Notes under the pieces: generated by a model
The model's input: the letters and a program-made list of their open reading frames with translations, nothing else
What the model was told of the DNA's origin: nothing
The model's database searches: none
Source of the DNA: Octopus vulgaris
Taxonomy: Eukaryota
Direction: 5' to 3'
Length of the DNA stretch: 64,000 nt
NCBI GenBank assembly: GCA_951406725.2
Contig: OX597827.1
Coordinates: 3,410,001 to 3,474,000 of the forward strand
Translations under genes and position numbers: made by a program
In this document: piece after piece, positions 1 through 12,902 of the stretch
How the letters are laid out: each line of letters opens with the position of its first letter
How positions within the stretch are numbered: position 1 is the stretch's first letter

Positions 1-194
1 GTTTTCCTTATTTATTCAAATTGTTTTGAATTAAGCATGCGTTATCTTGTAGCTTCAAGATTTTGATGATGTGATTGCATAATTACAAAATAACATTGTA
101 GGGCAGGTGTGAGAAGTTGGATCTGGCCAGGATGAGCATGATAAAGGTAGAATATTTGAGCTAGATGTTCCTGTTTTAAATGCTAAAAGGTTAA
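1..194. mobile_element. piggyBac-type MITE (family 1), truncated by the window edge
   Basis: Ends ...aaatgctaaaaggTTAA; colinear similarity to the complete copy at 44205-44433. Confidence 0.7.
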
Positions 195-554
195 CTTAGT
201 GGTTCAGCCAAAGTGACCAGTGGAATACATACCAAGGGTAAGAAGAAAGTTCTGGGATCGCTTTGTCCAACATAACCTTTCAAGGTACTACCCTAGATTG
301 GCCACTGGCCAATGGCTGAAATAACCAAAAGATAAAAGATAAAAATAAGATATATATGGACACAAATACTTATGTGGTCAATGGAGTACGGCCCAATAGT
401 TAAGAAGTCTGCTTTGCAACTACAAGGTCCAGGGCTTGATCCCACTGCATGTTATCTAGGACAAATATATTCTATAGGTGTTGGTCAACCCATATTCGTT
501 ATTGAAATTGGGTGCATCATTTTACTCACAAGGCATGAAAACTGTACAAAAGAC

Positions 555-1115
555 CATAATAGAGGAATTCAAAATTGGATGCCTATGGGAATTACTATAC
601 ACTGATGACCTCGCTCTTATTGCAGAATCTGTAGCAGAATCAGAGAAGAAATTCCAGGCATGGAAGCAAAATCTGGAATAAAAGGGCCTTAAAGTTAACC
701 TAGCTAACACCAAAGTTGTTGTTAGCCAGAAAGCAGATAAGACTCTAATTCCATAAGGCAAATGGCCCTGCTCAATCTGTAAGAGAGGAGTAAGAAGTAA
801 TTCCATTCACTGCACCAAATGTAAGCTATTGACACATAAGAGATGCAGTGGAATCACAGCTAGATTAACAGATAAGGTCGCCTTTGTGTGTGGCAGGTGG
901 GCAGGAATAATAAGCACTAAGAGTACACAGGACTTAGACTCTCTCAAATGTTCAGGAGGCTCTCTCAAGGTAGTAGATAGTTTCTGTTACCGAGGTAAGC
1001 AAATTAGCTATAGGGGTGAATGCTCTGAAAGTGTTGTCTCTAGAATACATATAGGATGGAGAAAGAGCTACTATGTCTGTTGGCAACAAAAAGACTCTCT
1101 GTCAGAGTGAAAGGT
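555..1115 (+). mobile_element. Degenerate RTE-type non-LTR retrotransposon RT fragment with an inserted PHD-like finger
   Basis: One frame with two in-frame stops: WELLYTDDLALIAES (YADD motif)...KGLKVNLANTKVVV...CSICKRGVRSNSIHCTKCKLLTHKRCSG...FVCGRW...VVDSFCYRG (YLG motif)...SRIHIGWRK. Confidence 0.85.
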
Positions 1116-1172
1116 ATATATGTATGCATGCATCTAAAGAAAGATATATATCATGTATCTATGTCCATATGG

Positions 1173-1174
<2 letters not shown>

Positions 1175-1229
<55 letters not shown>

Positions 1230-1345
1230 AATATATATGTACATATATATATACACACATATATACACACACACATACATACACACACACACATATATAT
1301 ATGTATGTATACATACATATACATATATAGAGACAGACAGACAGA
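1175..1345. repeat. Compound (TA)n/(CA)n microsatellite
   Basis: Seen directly; source of the spurious YIYI ORFs. Confidence 0.95.
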
Positions 1346-2068
1346 AAGACACATTTTGTTTATTCATATATAAAAAAAATAAGCTACAGACAGAACTCTG
1401 TTCTAATTATAACAGAATAAATAATAATGCTTTTTTTTTTAAAAAAAAAATCAAATGCAACAAATATTACATCTATTTCTTTCCTCTGGGATTTCAGCAA
1501 CCAGCATGAGTACTACTTGGGGATGTAGAGGGGGTGCAATAGTGAGTGGTGATGATTATGATGGTGATGATGATGATTCTGTTGTTGTTGTTGTTGTTGT
1601 TGATGCTGCTGCTGCTGCTGCTGTTGGCATTGATGATAAAAATGAAAATAAAAATACAGAGAAAAAGGGATACTAATGGTGGAAGAGATATAAACATTGC
1701 AAATGTCCCAATTTTATCCTAATGGAAATAGCAAGATGACAAAATTGTAAGCAAATTTGTAAGCAAGAATACTGTTGTGAATTTAATACAAACACTTGTT
1801 TTGATAACCATCAAAGAAGGGGGTGGGTGGTGGTGGTGGGAGCAGCAGCAGTAGTGATGGTGGTGATGATAATGATTGCAATGATGTCCACTATTGTGAT
1901 GGTAACTGTGATTATTATAAGGGCTCTAATTATATTGATGATGATGATGATAATTGTTATGAAACATTTATGCTCTCCGCTGGACAAGTTGCATAATTAT
2001 AAGCAGAAATGGAAATATATTTCTATACACACATGCATGTGTTCATCGTTTTCATCATATAATCTCTG

Positions 2069-2132
<64 letters not shown>

Positions 2133-2141
2133 TATATATAT

Positions 2142-2192
<51 letters not shown>

Positions 2193-2884
2193 ACAGAAAT
2201 GTTCTTATTTTCCTTTGGTATCTAAATAATTATTTAATATTGACACACGTGAATATATGGTATGTTGGTTTACTTATGCATGTGTGTAAATATATGGGTG
2301 TGTAAGAAGGGCCCTATATACCTGGATATACATGTGTTTGTTAGTACAAAGGCCTTCAGATTTCTCCATATCTACCGACAATATTTGGTTGTTGCTTAGC
2401 TCAAAGCCAACACTGATTGACAAAGCCAAATGATTCAAGAGATTCCAGCTGTGACCATCCAATTATTTTTTATAGAAGAATAGTACATCTAGGACTATAT
2501 TTATTATGTCCTTCCCTGCTAAGATGTGAACTGAAGTAGATTTGGTTGTTATTTATAGCAAACTAACTGACCACATAAAGGGTCATTTATTGGTTCATAC
2601 TAAAGTGTTGGAGAATGGTACAGCATATCATTTCATAGAAACCTCTCATAGTCAAGTATGATATCCACTTGATGGCCATTGCCTCTGTGGGATTGGTTTC
2701 ATAAAGAAAATACTTTATATACATATTTTATATATATATATATATATATATTGAATAAAGTTAAAACATAGCCTAGTTTTCAAGTTTTTTTTATTATGGT
2801 ATTTTAACAAAATTAACACTTTCATACACAGTGTACTCATTAGATTTCAAGCATGTTTATATGACCTCGTGTGTAGCATTGGTG

Positions 2885-3064
2885 ATTTTTTTCCCTCTTT
2901 CTTCCCTTCTCTGGATCTTTCCTTCTCCTATGTTTCCGACGAAGAGCTCCGCTCGAAACGTTAAACTCTCCTTCTTTCCTGAGCGTCCAATAATACTATA
3001 TTTGTTCCACGTCCTCGCGTTGTGTTTTTTGTTTTTTTTGTGCTTTCTTGTTTGAATTAACTTT
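2885..3064 (+). mobile_element. Penelope-like terminal (pLTR) fragment carrying a minimal hammerhead motif; copy 1
   Basis: Near-identical to 8560-8745; contains gttt-CCGACGA-A-gagc-tcc-gctc-GAAA-cg-TT-aaac; ends in (TA)n. Confidence 0.6.
2932..2966 (+). ncRNA. Putative minimal type I hammerhead ribozyme (variant core)
   Basis: Stem I gttt/aaac, core CCGACGA(A)...GAAA, stem II GAGC/GCTC, palindromic ACGT stem III; U4 is C. Confidence 0.5.
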
Positions 3065-3077
3065 ATATATATATATT

Positions 3078-3108
<31 letters not shown>

Positions 3109-3149
3109 ATATATGTGTGTGTGTGTGTATATGTATATATATATATATA

Positions 3150-3190
<41 letters not shown>

Positions 3191-4031
3191 GTGTGTGTGT
3201 GTGTGTGTGTGTAATAAACACTGAAGAATGGAGTTGGTGACATTACTTTTTAAAACACTGTTTGCTATTGTGACAATGTTTGCTATTGTGACATTTTAAG
3301 CAATTTTGTGTTATGTTCATTAATATTTCAGTAATTATTGATTTAGTCATTTGCACCGTGAAAATTATCTTTCATGGTGTGTACGAAAATTGTAGAACTT
3401 TTCACTTAGCTGCTATCCATAGGTAAACACCTGGATTATATATCCAAAATTACATGAGATATATATATATATATTGATATATAGACAGGCAAACAGACAG
3501 ATAGATAGATATCTATTATATTAGTCAACTCTCACCTGTTTGAAATCACACCAAGCATTTGTAATTGGTATGGAAAATGGAATGTAACCTAACACAACCA
3601 AACCACAAACTTAATTCTCATGCAACACATTGCTGACTAACTGATGCTCAGAGACTGCTTCCTCCACCTAATGGAGAATATATATATGAAATCAACTGCA
3701 GTAAGTGCTTTGTCAAAGTATCAAAACAGGCAAATGGAGAATCAAGGATTTTTAAATTCTTTTCATGCTATGAGGATAAAGGCACATCTTTTTGTCTATA
3801 AAGCATTAAGTATGTGAACCTATGTTAGTAAATTCTTACAACTCTAGATAAATGGGCAAAGCACCACTTCTTTAGTTTGTTCATCTACTCATAGATATAT
3901 ATATGTTTGTGTATGAGTGTGTGTGTGTGTATGCATATATATATATATATATATATATACATACACACATACATACACACATACAAATAATATATAAATA
4001 AAAAATAAAAATATATATATATATATATAAC

Positions 4032-4083
<52 letters not shown>

Positions 4084-4108
4084 CATGCATATATATATAT
4101 ACACACAT

Positions 4109-4146
<38 letters not shown>

Positions 4147-5100
4147 CATCATCATCATCATCATTTAACATTTATTTTTCATGCTGATATGAACTGCTTC
4201 TAAGAATTGAGCTGATACCTTCCGATTAAACCCCAGTTGTGCTACCTTACACCATACCATAATTTAGTATCCACTTTTCTATGCTTGCATGCATCAGACA
4301 GAGTTTGCTGAGGCAGATTTTCTACACCTAGTTGCTCTTCCAGTCACCAACTCTCACCTGTTTTCTTAGCAAGATAATATATACATACATATACATACAT
4401 ATACATATATATACGTACACACACAGACATGTATATATATATATGAGAATAAAGGCACATTATAGGTGATCCAGGAGTAATATCCCTTCACCAACATATC
4501 CAAGTTTAAATTCCACCCCCACCCATAATAACTAAATACATAACATATTTATTAATCTATTTCTCCTTAATATAACCTCCTCACCCCCTTTAATAAATCC
4601 AGTTCTTTCAACTATGAACCTAATTTCATAGTTGAACAGAGAGCATAAGTACTTAATCCCCAGATTAAGTATACAGAAAGCATAAGTACTTAATCCCCAC
4701 AAAATTACCCCCCACCCACCCACTATGCCATCTCAGCAAAGGCTGTAATTGCAACTAATTTTACTTAACTAAACTTTCTATACCATGGGTTAGCTTGTTT
4801 TAATTAGCTTAATTTCAATCTGGGTCCAATTTTCAGCCAGCATACTGGTCTACATCCATTTATTGTTGACCCCATTAGATTTACCCATTTAGGACCCAAC
4901 CCCCATTTAACATAACTTAATTCTAACAACCTAATATTAACTGCACACCTCTTTATATTGTATTTACTTGTACTTTCTTATGAGCTATTATTGCCCTTAG
5001 GCATATTTTGTATGAAAGGAAGCAAAATTTTGTAGTAGGCCCCACATGGTTGCACCCAAGCAAGGGTTGATATAACAACAAGTTTAGTAATATTAACAAC

Positions 5101-5133
<33 letters not shown>

Positions 5134-5454
5134 TATCAAGTATGATTAAGCAGAAAATGAAGAAAATTCTTGATCAACAAACAAACTGGCTACCATTGGC
5201 TGTTATTTTTTAAAATAACAAAACTTCAACATTTCTAACAGCTGTTTCTGCTTCCAGTGTCAGTCAGCACTGCCAAAGAAAATTCTGAGAATAATATCCA
5301 TCATATTCTATAGCCTGGTACACATATAAATACATACAAACTCATATGCAAAATATCATTTACAGGAGGGATGATAGAACTGCAAAATCTCTGTCTACTA
5401 GATAAGGGAGTAATTGAAGTTTGTTTTTTAAGGGTGTATGGAACAGATGACTCA

Positions 5455-5683
5455 TTAACCCTTTCGTTACTGTATTTATTTTGTGATGCTCTGTATTTCT
5501 TTCAATTACTTTAAATATAACAAAGAATTTAGTAAAATAACTTAGTTATCATTCAGCTAGTGTTAGGAACATAAATTGTGACTAAGGTTTGGTGGAAGAT
5601 TTTAATTTAAAATTTATGGAAACAAGACATTTGTACTGCAGAGTCAGAGCCAATTTCAGACGGGTTGGTAACAAAAGGGTTAA
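5455..5683. mobile_element. piggyBac-type MITE (family 2), complete
   Basis: TTAA-CCCTTTCGTTAC ... GTAACAAAAGGG-TTAA: TIRs with TTAA target duplication; related degenerate copies at ~15420-15645, ~33580-33800 and ~39190-39400. Confidence 0.85.
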
Positions 5684-7229
5684 AACTGATTTCTCATAAG
5701 CATAAACTAGGTACTTTTTCTTTCAAATACATATACAGATATGTGTACATGTTTGTGTATGTAGGTATATATGTATTTTTCAATGATTTCAGTCTTTATT
5801 TTGTAGTCCTGTAACAAGATCAGGATGCTACCTCATATGGTATTGTGAATTATACCAAGCACATGACATGGTGTAACACTCTTTACTTTATCAACATTGA
5901 AGAATAAAAAGCAAAGTCTACCTGAGTATGATGTGAACACAGAAGGTTATGGATTTCTATAATAGCCACTTAGAAGAAACTGTAATTTCACCTCCTGTTT
6001 AAAACCTTCAGCCATAGCAATACCACTAATGATGCAAGATATGTTGACGCATTCACACGGGGGGGGGGGATAACTGACAAATTGATGACATTTCTAGAAA
6101 CATGACTTCAGTACTGTTTAATGGGGGTTGTTTTCTAGCTGTTAAAAGGGAATGTGTCAAGAAGGCCAGATACGACTGGTTTTCAGCAAATAACACTGAA
6201 CATTTTATACATACATACATACATGCACACACACACACACATTTGTATGTGTGTGAGTATGTATACACACACACATATATATGTACACACATACATTAAA
6301 TAGAGTTGGCTTGTTTCAATACAAAAAGCTATAAGCCATTATTTTGGGTTTTCAAATTTAGTTCTTGTTTATTTTTTGCTGTTTCTTGTATTGATTTATT
6401 TTGTTTTATTTGGCACAGGCAGGTGATTATCTAAGTTTATTGAGTTATCCATAAAATTCTTCTCCTCTCAGTGATTAAAAAATACTCTCTGGATGAGTGT
6501 TTTATGGGGTTTAGGTCCCTAAATTCTACTACACCTTCTCTGAATAGAAGAAAATAAAATATAAATGGACATATCACTATGAAACAAGCAGTATACAAAG
6601 GTATATATCATCTGATTGTTAGTATGTGTATGTACCTTTCCTTCTTAAGTATTGGAATATTTCTTATATAGAAGGAACTGATTTCTAACAAAAAGCAGAA
6701 AAAAACAATGCTCAAATGTTGGAATTTAAAAACAACATTTAACCACCAAAACCTCTTCATTACTTTCACATGTGACTCCAAATAGAATCACAGGTACGAG
6801 GTCATAGCTATCTTTCACATTTTAACTTCTCCAGTTATAAGTGGAAAACCAGCCCTAACATATAGTCAGAGATATGAACTCACAGCTTCCCAGGTCAAGT
6901 AAGATCTCATAACCTTAAAACTAAGGAAGATAATGGATTTCATTGTGAGGTGTCAAACATTTGATTCCTTAGATGCCACATACAACACAGAATGGCAAAA
7001 GTAAAGATGTTTGCCACAAACATACAACTTCATCTGTTTAAAGAACAAAATTATTTGCAATGAAACTGGTTTTGAATCTGCAAAGCCTCCAGACCCTGGT
7101 AAGAAGAAAGAAATCTTCATTATTGATAAGACTTAGATATATCTCAAGATTCCTGTGGTACCTGAGCAGAAATCCACTTTGCATAAATTAGTCAAACATT
7201 TTCCAACACATTTCTCAAAGAGACCCAAA

Positions 7230-7460
7230 GAGGTGAAGATGGCAAACCCTCTTTGGAACAGAAGGAAGCTCCAAACCTTTGCTGGACAGCATGAAATCCT
7301 TTCAACAGCTTGAAATCTATCACTATAAAATCATAGCTATTGCAATTGCTTCTTCAGGTTCTGCTGCTATAATCTTTCCAGAAGTTTGTAACAGCCTATT
7401 CTGTTTTCAAGTTTTGCTTGGACTTAAACAAATATGATGGGCCTTTTTGCAATATTGCCA
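7230..7460 (+). mobile_element. Highly degenerate Helitron/PIF1 helicase N-terminal fragment
   Basis: With frameshifts reads KIIAIAIASSGSAAIIFP..TAYSVFK..LDLNKYDGPFCNI, matching the PIF1 pattern AVASSGIAATLLPGGRTAHSxFKLPLxL...CNI. Confidence 0.65.
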
Positions 7461-8283
7461 AAATTTTGGGAACAGGGCAAGTTTATTTTATATCTTTTAG
7501 TCATGAGGAAACGGCAGTACCCGTGAGCCTTTTCAAGGTCTTGGAGAGTTGTGGGAAGTTTTCGAAAACTGGGAGATCTGACCCCAATTCTTACAACAGA
7601 GTAGACTTACTCTTTTACTCCAAGTTCACAGTTCTATGTTAATTGACTTTATTTCTGTATGATTCTATCACACTATGCTGTCCACCTGTTTATACATCTT
7701 TTAATTTAGTGTTTTGTGTTTCGGCTGTGTTATTTTATTAATCTAGACATTGCATCACTTCTCTACCTAGAAATCTCATCTTTCCCCCACTGACCTCTCT
7801 TCCGTGTTCCCTCCCTCCCTTCTCTCTTTCTCTCATATTCCTTCTTATCACCTAGCTATTCATGCACACATACCTGTCTATCTATCTATATATAAAAACA
7901 CATACATATACATACGTATATATGCATATGTACACATGCACACACATATCTATACACATACATAAAGATTGTTGTTTTATTTTATTATATATCCATCTTT
8001 TTATGCAAGCATGGTTAGACAATTATATTGCTGAGCTTCACAGCCAGATGCCATCCCTTTCACTAACATGTACTCATCTTTAATAAGGAATCTGATACTC
8101 CACATATCTTCAATGGGAACAAAACCAGTGGATAATTTGTTTACTGGGGAAATGACAACACCATCAGCACTTATAACTCCGTAATTTTCAGAGAAGTACA
8201 AATGTCAACAAACACAAAGGCACAAACAAACATGTATTCACACACATGCACTCCCCCCACTCACCACACACACACACACACAT

Positions 8284-8442
8284 ATGGGCTTCTTTCAGTT
8301 TCCAGCTGCAAAATCCACTCACAAGATTTCGGCTTGCCTGAAACTAAAGTGAAAGGTACTTGACTAAGATGTGTTGAAGTGGGACTGAACCCAAAACATG
8401 TTTGACGAGCAAACTTTTTAACCACACAGCCATGCCTGCACC
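8284..8442 (-). mobile_element. SINE family 1, 5' half (tRNA-derived head)
   Basis: Reverse complement matches the head of 20421-20580. Confidence 0.75.
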
Positions 8443-8523
8443 TAGTCATGACCTGTCTATCTGTTTAACTCTTTCTGTCTCCCCACTCCATCTTTTTCTC
8501 CCAATACATACATATATACATAC

Positions 8524-8559
<36 letters not shown>

Positions 8560-8567
<8 letters not shown>

Positions 8568-8744
8568 TTTTCCCTCTGTCTTCCCTTCTCTGGATCTTTC
8601 CTTCTCCTATGTTTCCGATGAAGAGCTCCGCTCGAAATGTTAAACCCTCCTTCTCTCCTTCTTTCCTGAGCGTCCAATAATACTATATTTGTTCCACATC
8701 CTCACGTTGTTGCGTTTTTTGTGCTTTCTTGTCTGGATTAACTT

Positions 8745-8745
<1 letters not shown>
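8560..8745 (+). mobile_element. Penelope-like terminal fragment with minimal hammerhead motif; copy 2
   Basis: Near-identical to 2885-3064; gttt-CCGATGA-A-gagc-tcc-gctc-GAAA-tg-TT-aaac at 8611-8645; (TA)n on both sides. Confidence 0.6.
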
Positions 8746-8784
<39 letters not shown>

Positions 8785-9296
8785 TATGTGAATTTATATA
8801 TATGCATATATATGTATATATTGCATTAATAATGATCAGGAGAATGGAAATTTTCCACATCTATAATTTTATTAAACATTTCTTTACAGCATTCTTTTGT
8901 GGACCTATGCACATTTCAATTGCATTGATTGCACACTGTTAGAGGTGCATCCTGGCGTTATTGTCAGTACAGTTTCACCAGGTTCCATTATTTACTGTGG
9001 TTAGCTGGCATATAAAACCGATTTCAGAGGAAACACAAATCTAACCATTTCACTAACATTGTCAATTAAGGAACATGACTGTCACGACATAAATCTGATG
9101 ATTGAGTAAAACATGAAAATACTAGTTTATTTCAATAGTGTGAAATTGTAAAAATTACAAATAATAAAACGTGAAAATCAGACTTTGTTGGAATTTCATT
9201 GGTTAATATATTCTTCTATACACAATCATACAAACACGGATGGATGGATGGATGGAATGGAATGGGATGGGATGGGATGGATAGATAGGTAGATAG

Positions 9297-10315
9297 ATTT
9301 CCTTATTGGCCATGCAGGGCTGAACACAGAAGGGACAAAATACAAAGAGTTTTTCGTTTTAGAAAGAAGAGAAGGAAAAAAAATGTGGGTCAAATTCTGA
9401 TCAAAAGGGATTGTAAAAACAAAAGTGGGGACGATCAATAGGGATCATGTATCACAGAAATGTCAATGTAAAAAGGGAAAACAGATTGGGTTTGTCTGTG
9501 GATAGAAAAGCCTACAGAAAAGACCACGGGAACCTTGGACAATAGTGTCATGCAAAACGAAAACACATTACAGTAAGTGGGTCCCTTTTTTCCTTTCATC
9601 TTTTTTTTTTGTTTTTGGTTCATAGATTATACTGAAGGTGGATCTGTCATTCACACATGTGCCATCCTTGCTACATTCACCCATCTTTTTTTGAAACATT
9701 CACTAGACAAAACGTCCCTCTCACTTTCCTCTTCAAGTGATACTTGAAGAAGTCAATGAGGGATTGACCAGAGAGGAAAGTGTTTACCTTTCAGATGCAT
9801 CCACCATACACATTCTTTTGCCATAGCCACACATACAATGAAAATGGCTCTTCCTTCCCGTTTCAAGGAAGGAGGCATGACAATATTCACGATAGACTTG
9901 GTTGATAAACCAATTCATCCCACATGCGATAGCAGTCGTTCGACATAGGCCCACAGGTTGGAAATGGTTGGACATTGTACAAGTGCGTGCAGGATGGTTT
10001 CATTGCTCTGACTGCATCTTGGACAGGTCATCCCCGTGTTTCTTAAGCCATTCCTGTAGAGCTTATCCTGAATGGGTAGCGCTTCTCAATAGTACTGCCA
10101 GGCCAGGGATCTCTGGAAATTGTCCATAGGTCCTAGCCTGAAAGTCGTCTTGAACAGGCAGGTCAGGTATTCCTCGTCGAAGCCCAGGTTTGCTCGGAGA
10201 TAGTCGTTGTACCTCCCTTCCACTAATCCCCTATAGAATGCTTTAGTTGTATTGAAGTCGCTCAAAGTTAACCTGGGATGGCATAGTTGCTTGAGAGCAA
10301 CCAACACTCACTGTG
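9297..10315 (-). mobile_element. L1/Tx1-clade LINE 3' fragment (ORF2 C-terminus with CCHC/zf-RVT and 3' UTR)
   Basis: Minus-strand translation DNFQRSLAWQ..ALPIQDKLYR..TCPRCSQSNETILHALVQCPTISNLW...AMAKECVWW...; stops and frameshifts; flanked by GATA/GGTA repeats. Confidence 0.8.
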
Positions 10316-10385
10316 TGGGAGGGAGGCAGGCAGGCAGGTATGCAGGTAGGTAGGTAGATAGGTAGGTAGGTAGGTAGATAGATAG

Positions 10386-10648
10386 ATATTAAAAATGGGG
10401 AAGGCTGGTTTATGGGATTACCTTAGGTTTCCTTTCCATAAGGGGCTGAGCTTTATGGCATATCATCAGATCCCAAAATCTGTTGGCCCAGGACCTCTTA
10501 AAAATATCTTAAATATTTCTACAATATATTTTTATGAGGTCTTAGGCCAACAGGTTTTTGTGATCTAAGGATATGCCATAAAGATAAACCTTTTATGGAC
10601 AGAAAACCTAAGGTAATCCCATAAACCTGTCTTCTCCATTTTTAATAT
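10386..10648. mobile_element. Fold-back element/MITE with ~120 bp imperfect inverted arms
   Basis: atattaaaaatggggaagg..tttatgggattaccttaggttt ... aaacctaaggtaatcccataaa..ctccatttttaatat; short AT-rich spacer. Confidence 0.8.
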
Positions 10649-11371
10649 ATACTACTCTACATCTTAGAGTGTGCTTCTTCTTTTGGATTTATGCTTTTTA
10701 CAAACGATATATATATATATATACACACACACACATATATATATATCATGTATATTTACCCATCAATCTATCAGTCTATTCATCTCTCTATCTTATTCTA
10801 TCTCTATTACACAGTTAAACATTAAAACCTAAACCAACAATAAAGTATCTATTGTCTGTTATATTATTATTTTGTTATTGCATCCCTTTGTTACAATATT
10901 CTTTCACGTTGCTATAAACCAAACATTACTGCACTGGCTTAATACACTCACAATACACACACAAACAAACATATGCAAGTATGTATAGATGTAGTATGTA
11001 TATACCAAAACAAAAACGCATACACACACAATATGTGTATGCATGGACATGTATACATACAAATATACATACTTTTAGTGTTTGTATTTATGTGTGTATG
11101 TATTTCGTGTGTTTATTTTTCTAACAAAAGCAAAATGAAGTATTCCCTGGGCCAAGACAGGGACAATATCTTTACTATAATGTATATGCTTGCTTGCTTG
11201 CTTGCTTGCATGCATACATAATATTATATATATATTACACTAAATAATCAACAAACTAGTGTGTCTATTGTAAAAGAAACTTTGATATAATTTTGTCATC
11301 TGAAGATACAGCATTGTTTCCATGGATTACATCTCATTCAGTTTGATGTAACTATGCTTAGCTGAATGAAT

Positions 11372-11445
11372 ACACACACACACACACACACATGCATATA
11401 TATATATGCACATACACATATAAGTACATAGACAGACAGACAGGC

Positions 11446-11494
<49 letters not shown>

Positions 11495-11513
11495 GGCAGG
11501 CAGGCAGGCAGGC

Positions 11514-11544
<31 letters not shown>

Positions 11545-11621
11545 TAGATAGACAGACAGACAGATAGATAGCTAGATAGATAGATAGATAGACAGATAGA
11601 TAGATAGATAGACAGACTGAC

Positions 11622-11706
<85 letters not shown>

Positions 11707-11760
11707 TGCAGACAGATATATAAGTACATGTATAGACAAACAAACAGGTAGGTAGGTAGT
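11372..11760. repeat. (CA)n/(GACA)n/(GGCA)n/(GATA)n compound microsatellite
   Basis: Seen directly. Confidence 0.95.
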
Positions 11761-11889
11761 TATACCATATTTACTTGCATTGGATATATTCAGCAAGTGA
11801 AGTAGAGAGCTTTAAAGGTCCAAGCTCAATAAGCACTGTTCCTCTTTTAGAATTCAGGAATGGTACAATGCTAAGAATTTAGTAAGATA

Positions 11890-12075
11890 TATATATAAGG
11901 AATAACACAGCCACATCAACTGGACCTTTCCAAACTACATCCTAATGGGAGCAGACGTAGACTCTGCTTGGTGGAGAGGAGTAACCTTTGAAAACACTCA
12001 TATGATCCAGCACTTTCCTGAACTCAAAAACTGAAATTTTCTCAAGTTGACCTCACGAGTGCAAAATCATTTTTG
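11890..12075 (+). mobile_element. Possible degenerate Penelope-like C-terminal fragment
   Basis: Reads ..RRRLCLVE.. and ..LNSKTEIFSS*PHECK, resembling the PLE GIY-YIG tail pattern CxLCLxEK...LNKRSELFSxCxH. Confidence 0.4.
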
Positions 12076-12493
12076 TAAAATGGTCATGGCAGTTGAATTA
12101 GAGAATTATATATATACACATGCACACATAACACACAGACACTGGCACACACACATAGCTTACATGCTTCATCTATATCTAATATTACAGCATGATGAGT
12201 AACTCGTCTCCCTCAAAATATTTTTCACAATATTACATTCCACTTATTTCCCAAGAGACTATGTGCCTCAAGTACAAAAGAAGCTACCCACTTCAGGATA
12301 ACATGTAAGAAGAGTTATCAATATTACCTAGTGACAATATTCATAGCAAAACTTAAAGTAACACTAACCAGGTATATACTAATATACCATAACCAGTAAT
12401 ATATTGTTTCAGGATATAAAAAGATCTTGGTTTGACTTATGGACAACTAATTGATAATACATATAAATACTTATATGTTTGTATATACAAACA

Positions 12494-12529
<36 letters not shown>

Positions 12530-12902
12530 CAGATACATATCTCTAAATATATACACGCATGTGTGTATATATACATACATACATTCGTAGATGATACATG
12601 TATATATATATATCCTTTCTTACATGCATATATGTATGTGTGTGTGTGAGTGCGTGTGTGTGTGTAGTTTATTGGTTAGAGACAGGTGTTCTCTATATAG
12701 AATACACTTCAAAATGCTCAAGAGATTTGAACTTGAGCTGGTAGGTGAGTAAATGTAATGAGAAGCAAGTAAGGCACGTCAATATACAAAAAGTATTGAA
12801 TACATTTTATAGAAAAAGTCTACATGTGTATTGATATAAAATACTCCGACTTACACAATATAAATGATATCAGGAGTTGAATGGGTAGAGTTTTATGAGT
12901 CC

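Noticed and set aside
1056-1509. Many ORFs of YIYI/THTH/VCVC/LSIY type here and throughout the window
   Set aside because: They are translations of (TA)n, (CA)n and (GATA)n microsatellites, not genes
8001-8201. 66-aa minus-strand ORF in complex sequence
   Set aside because: No recognisable homology or splice signals; cannot be called
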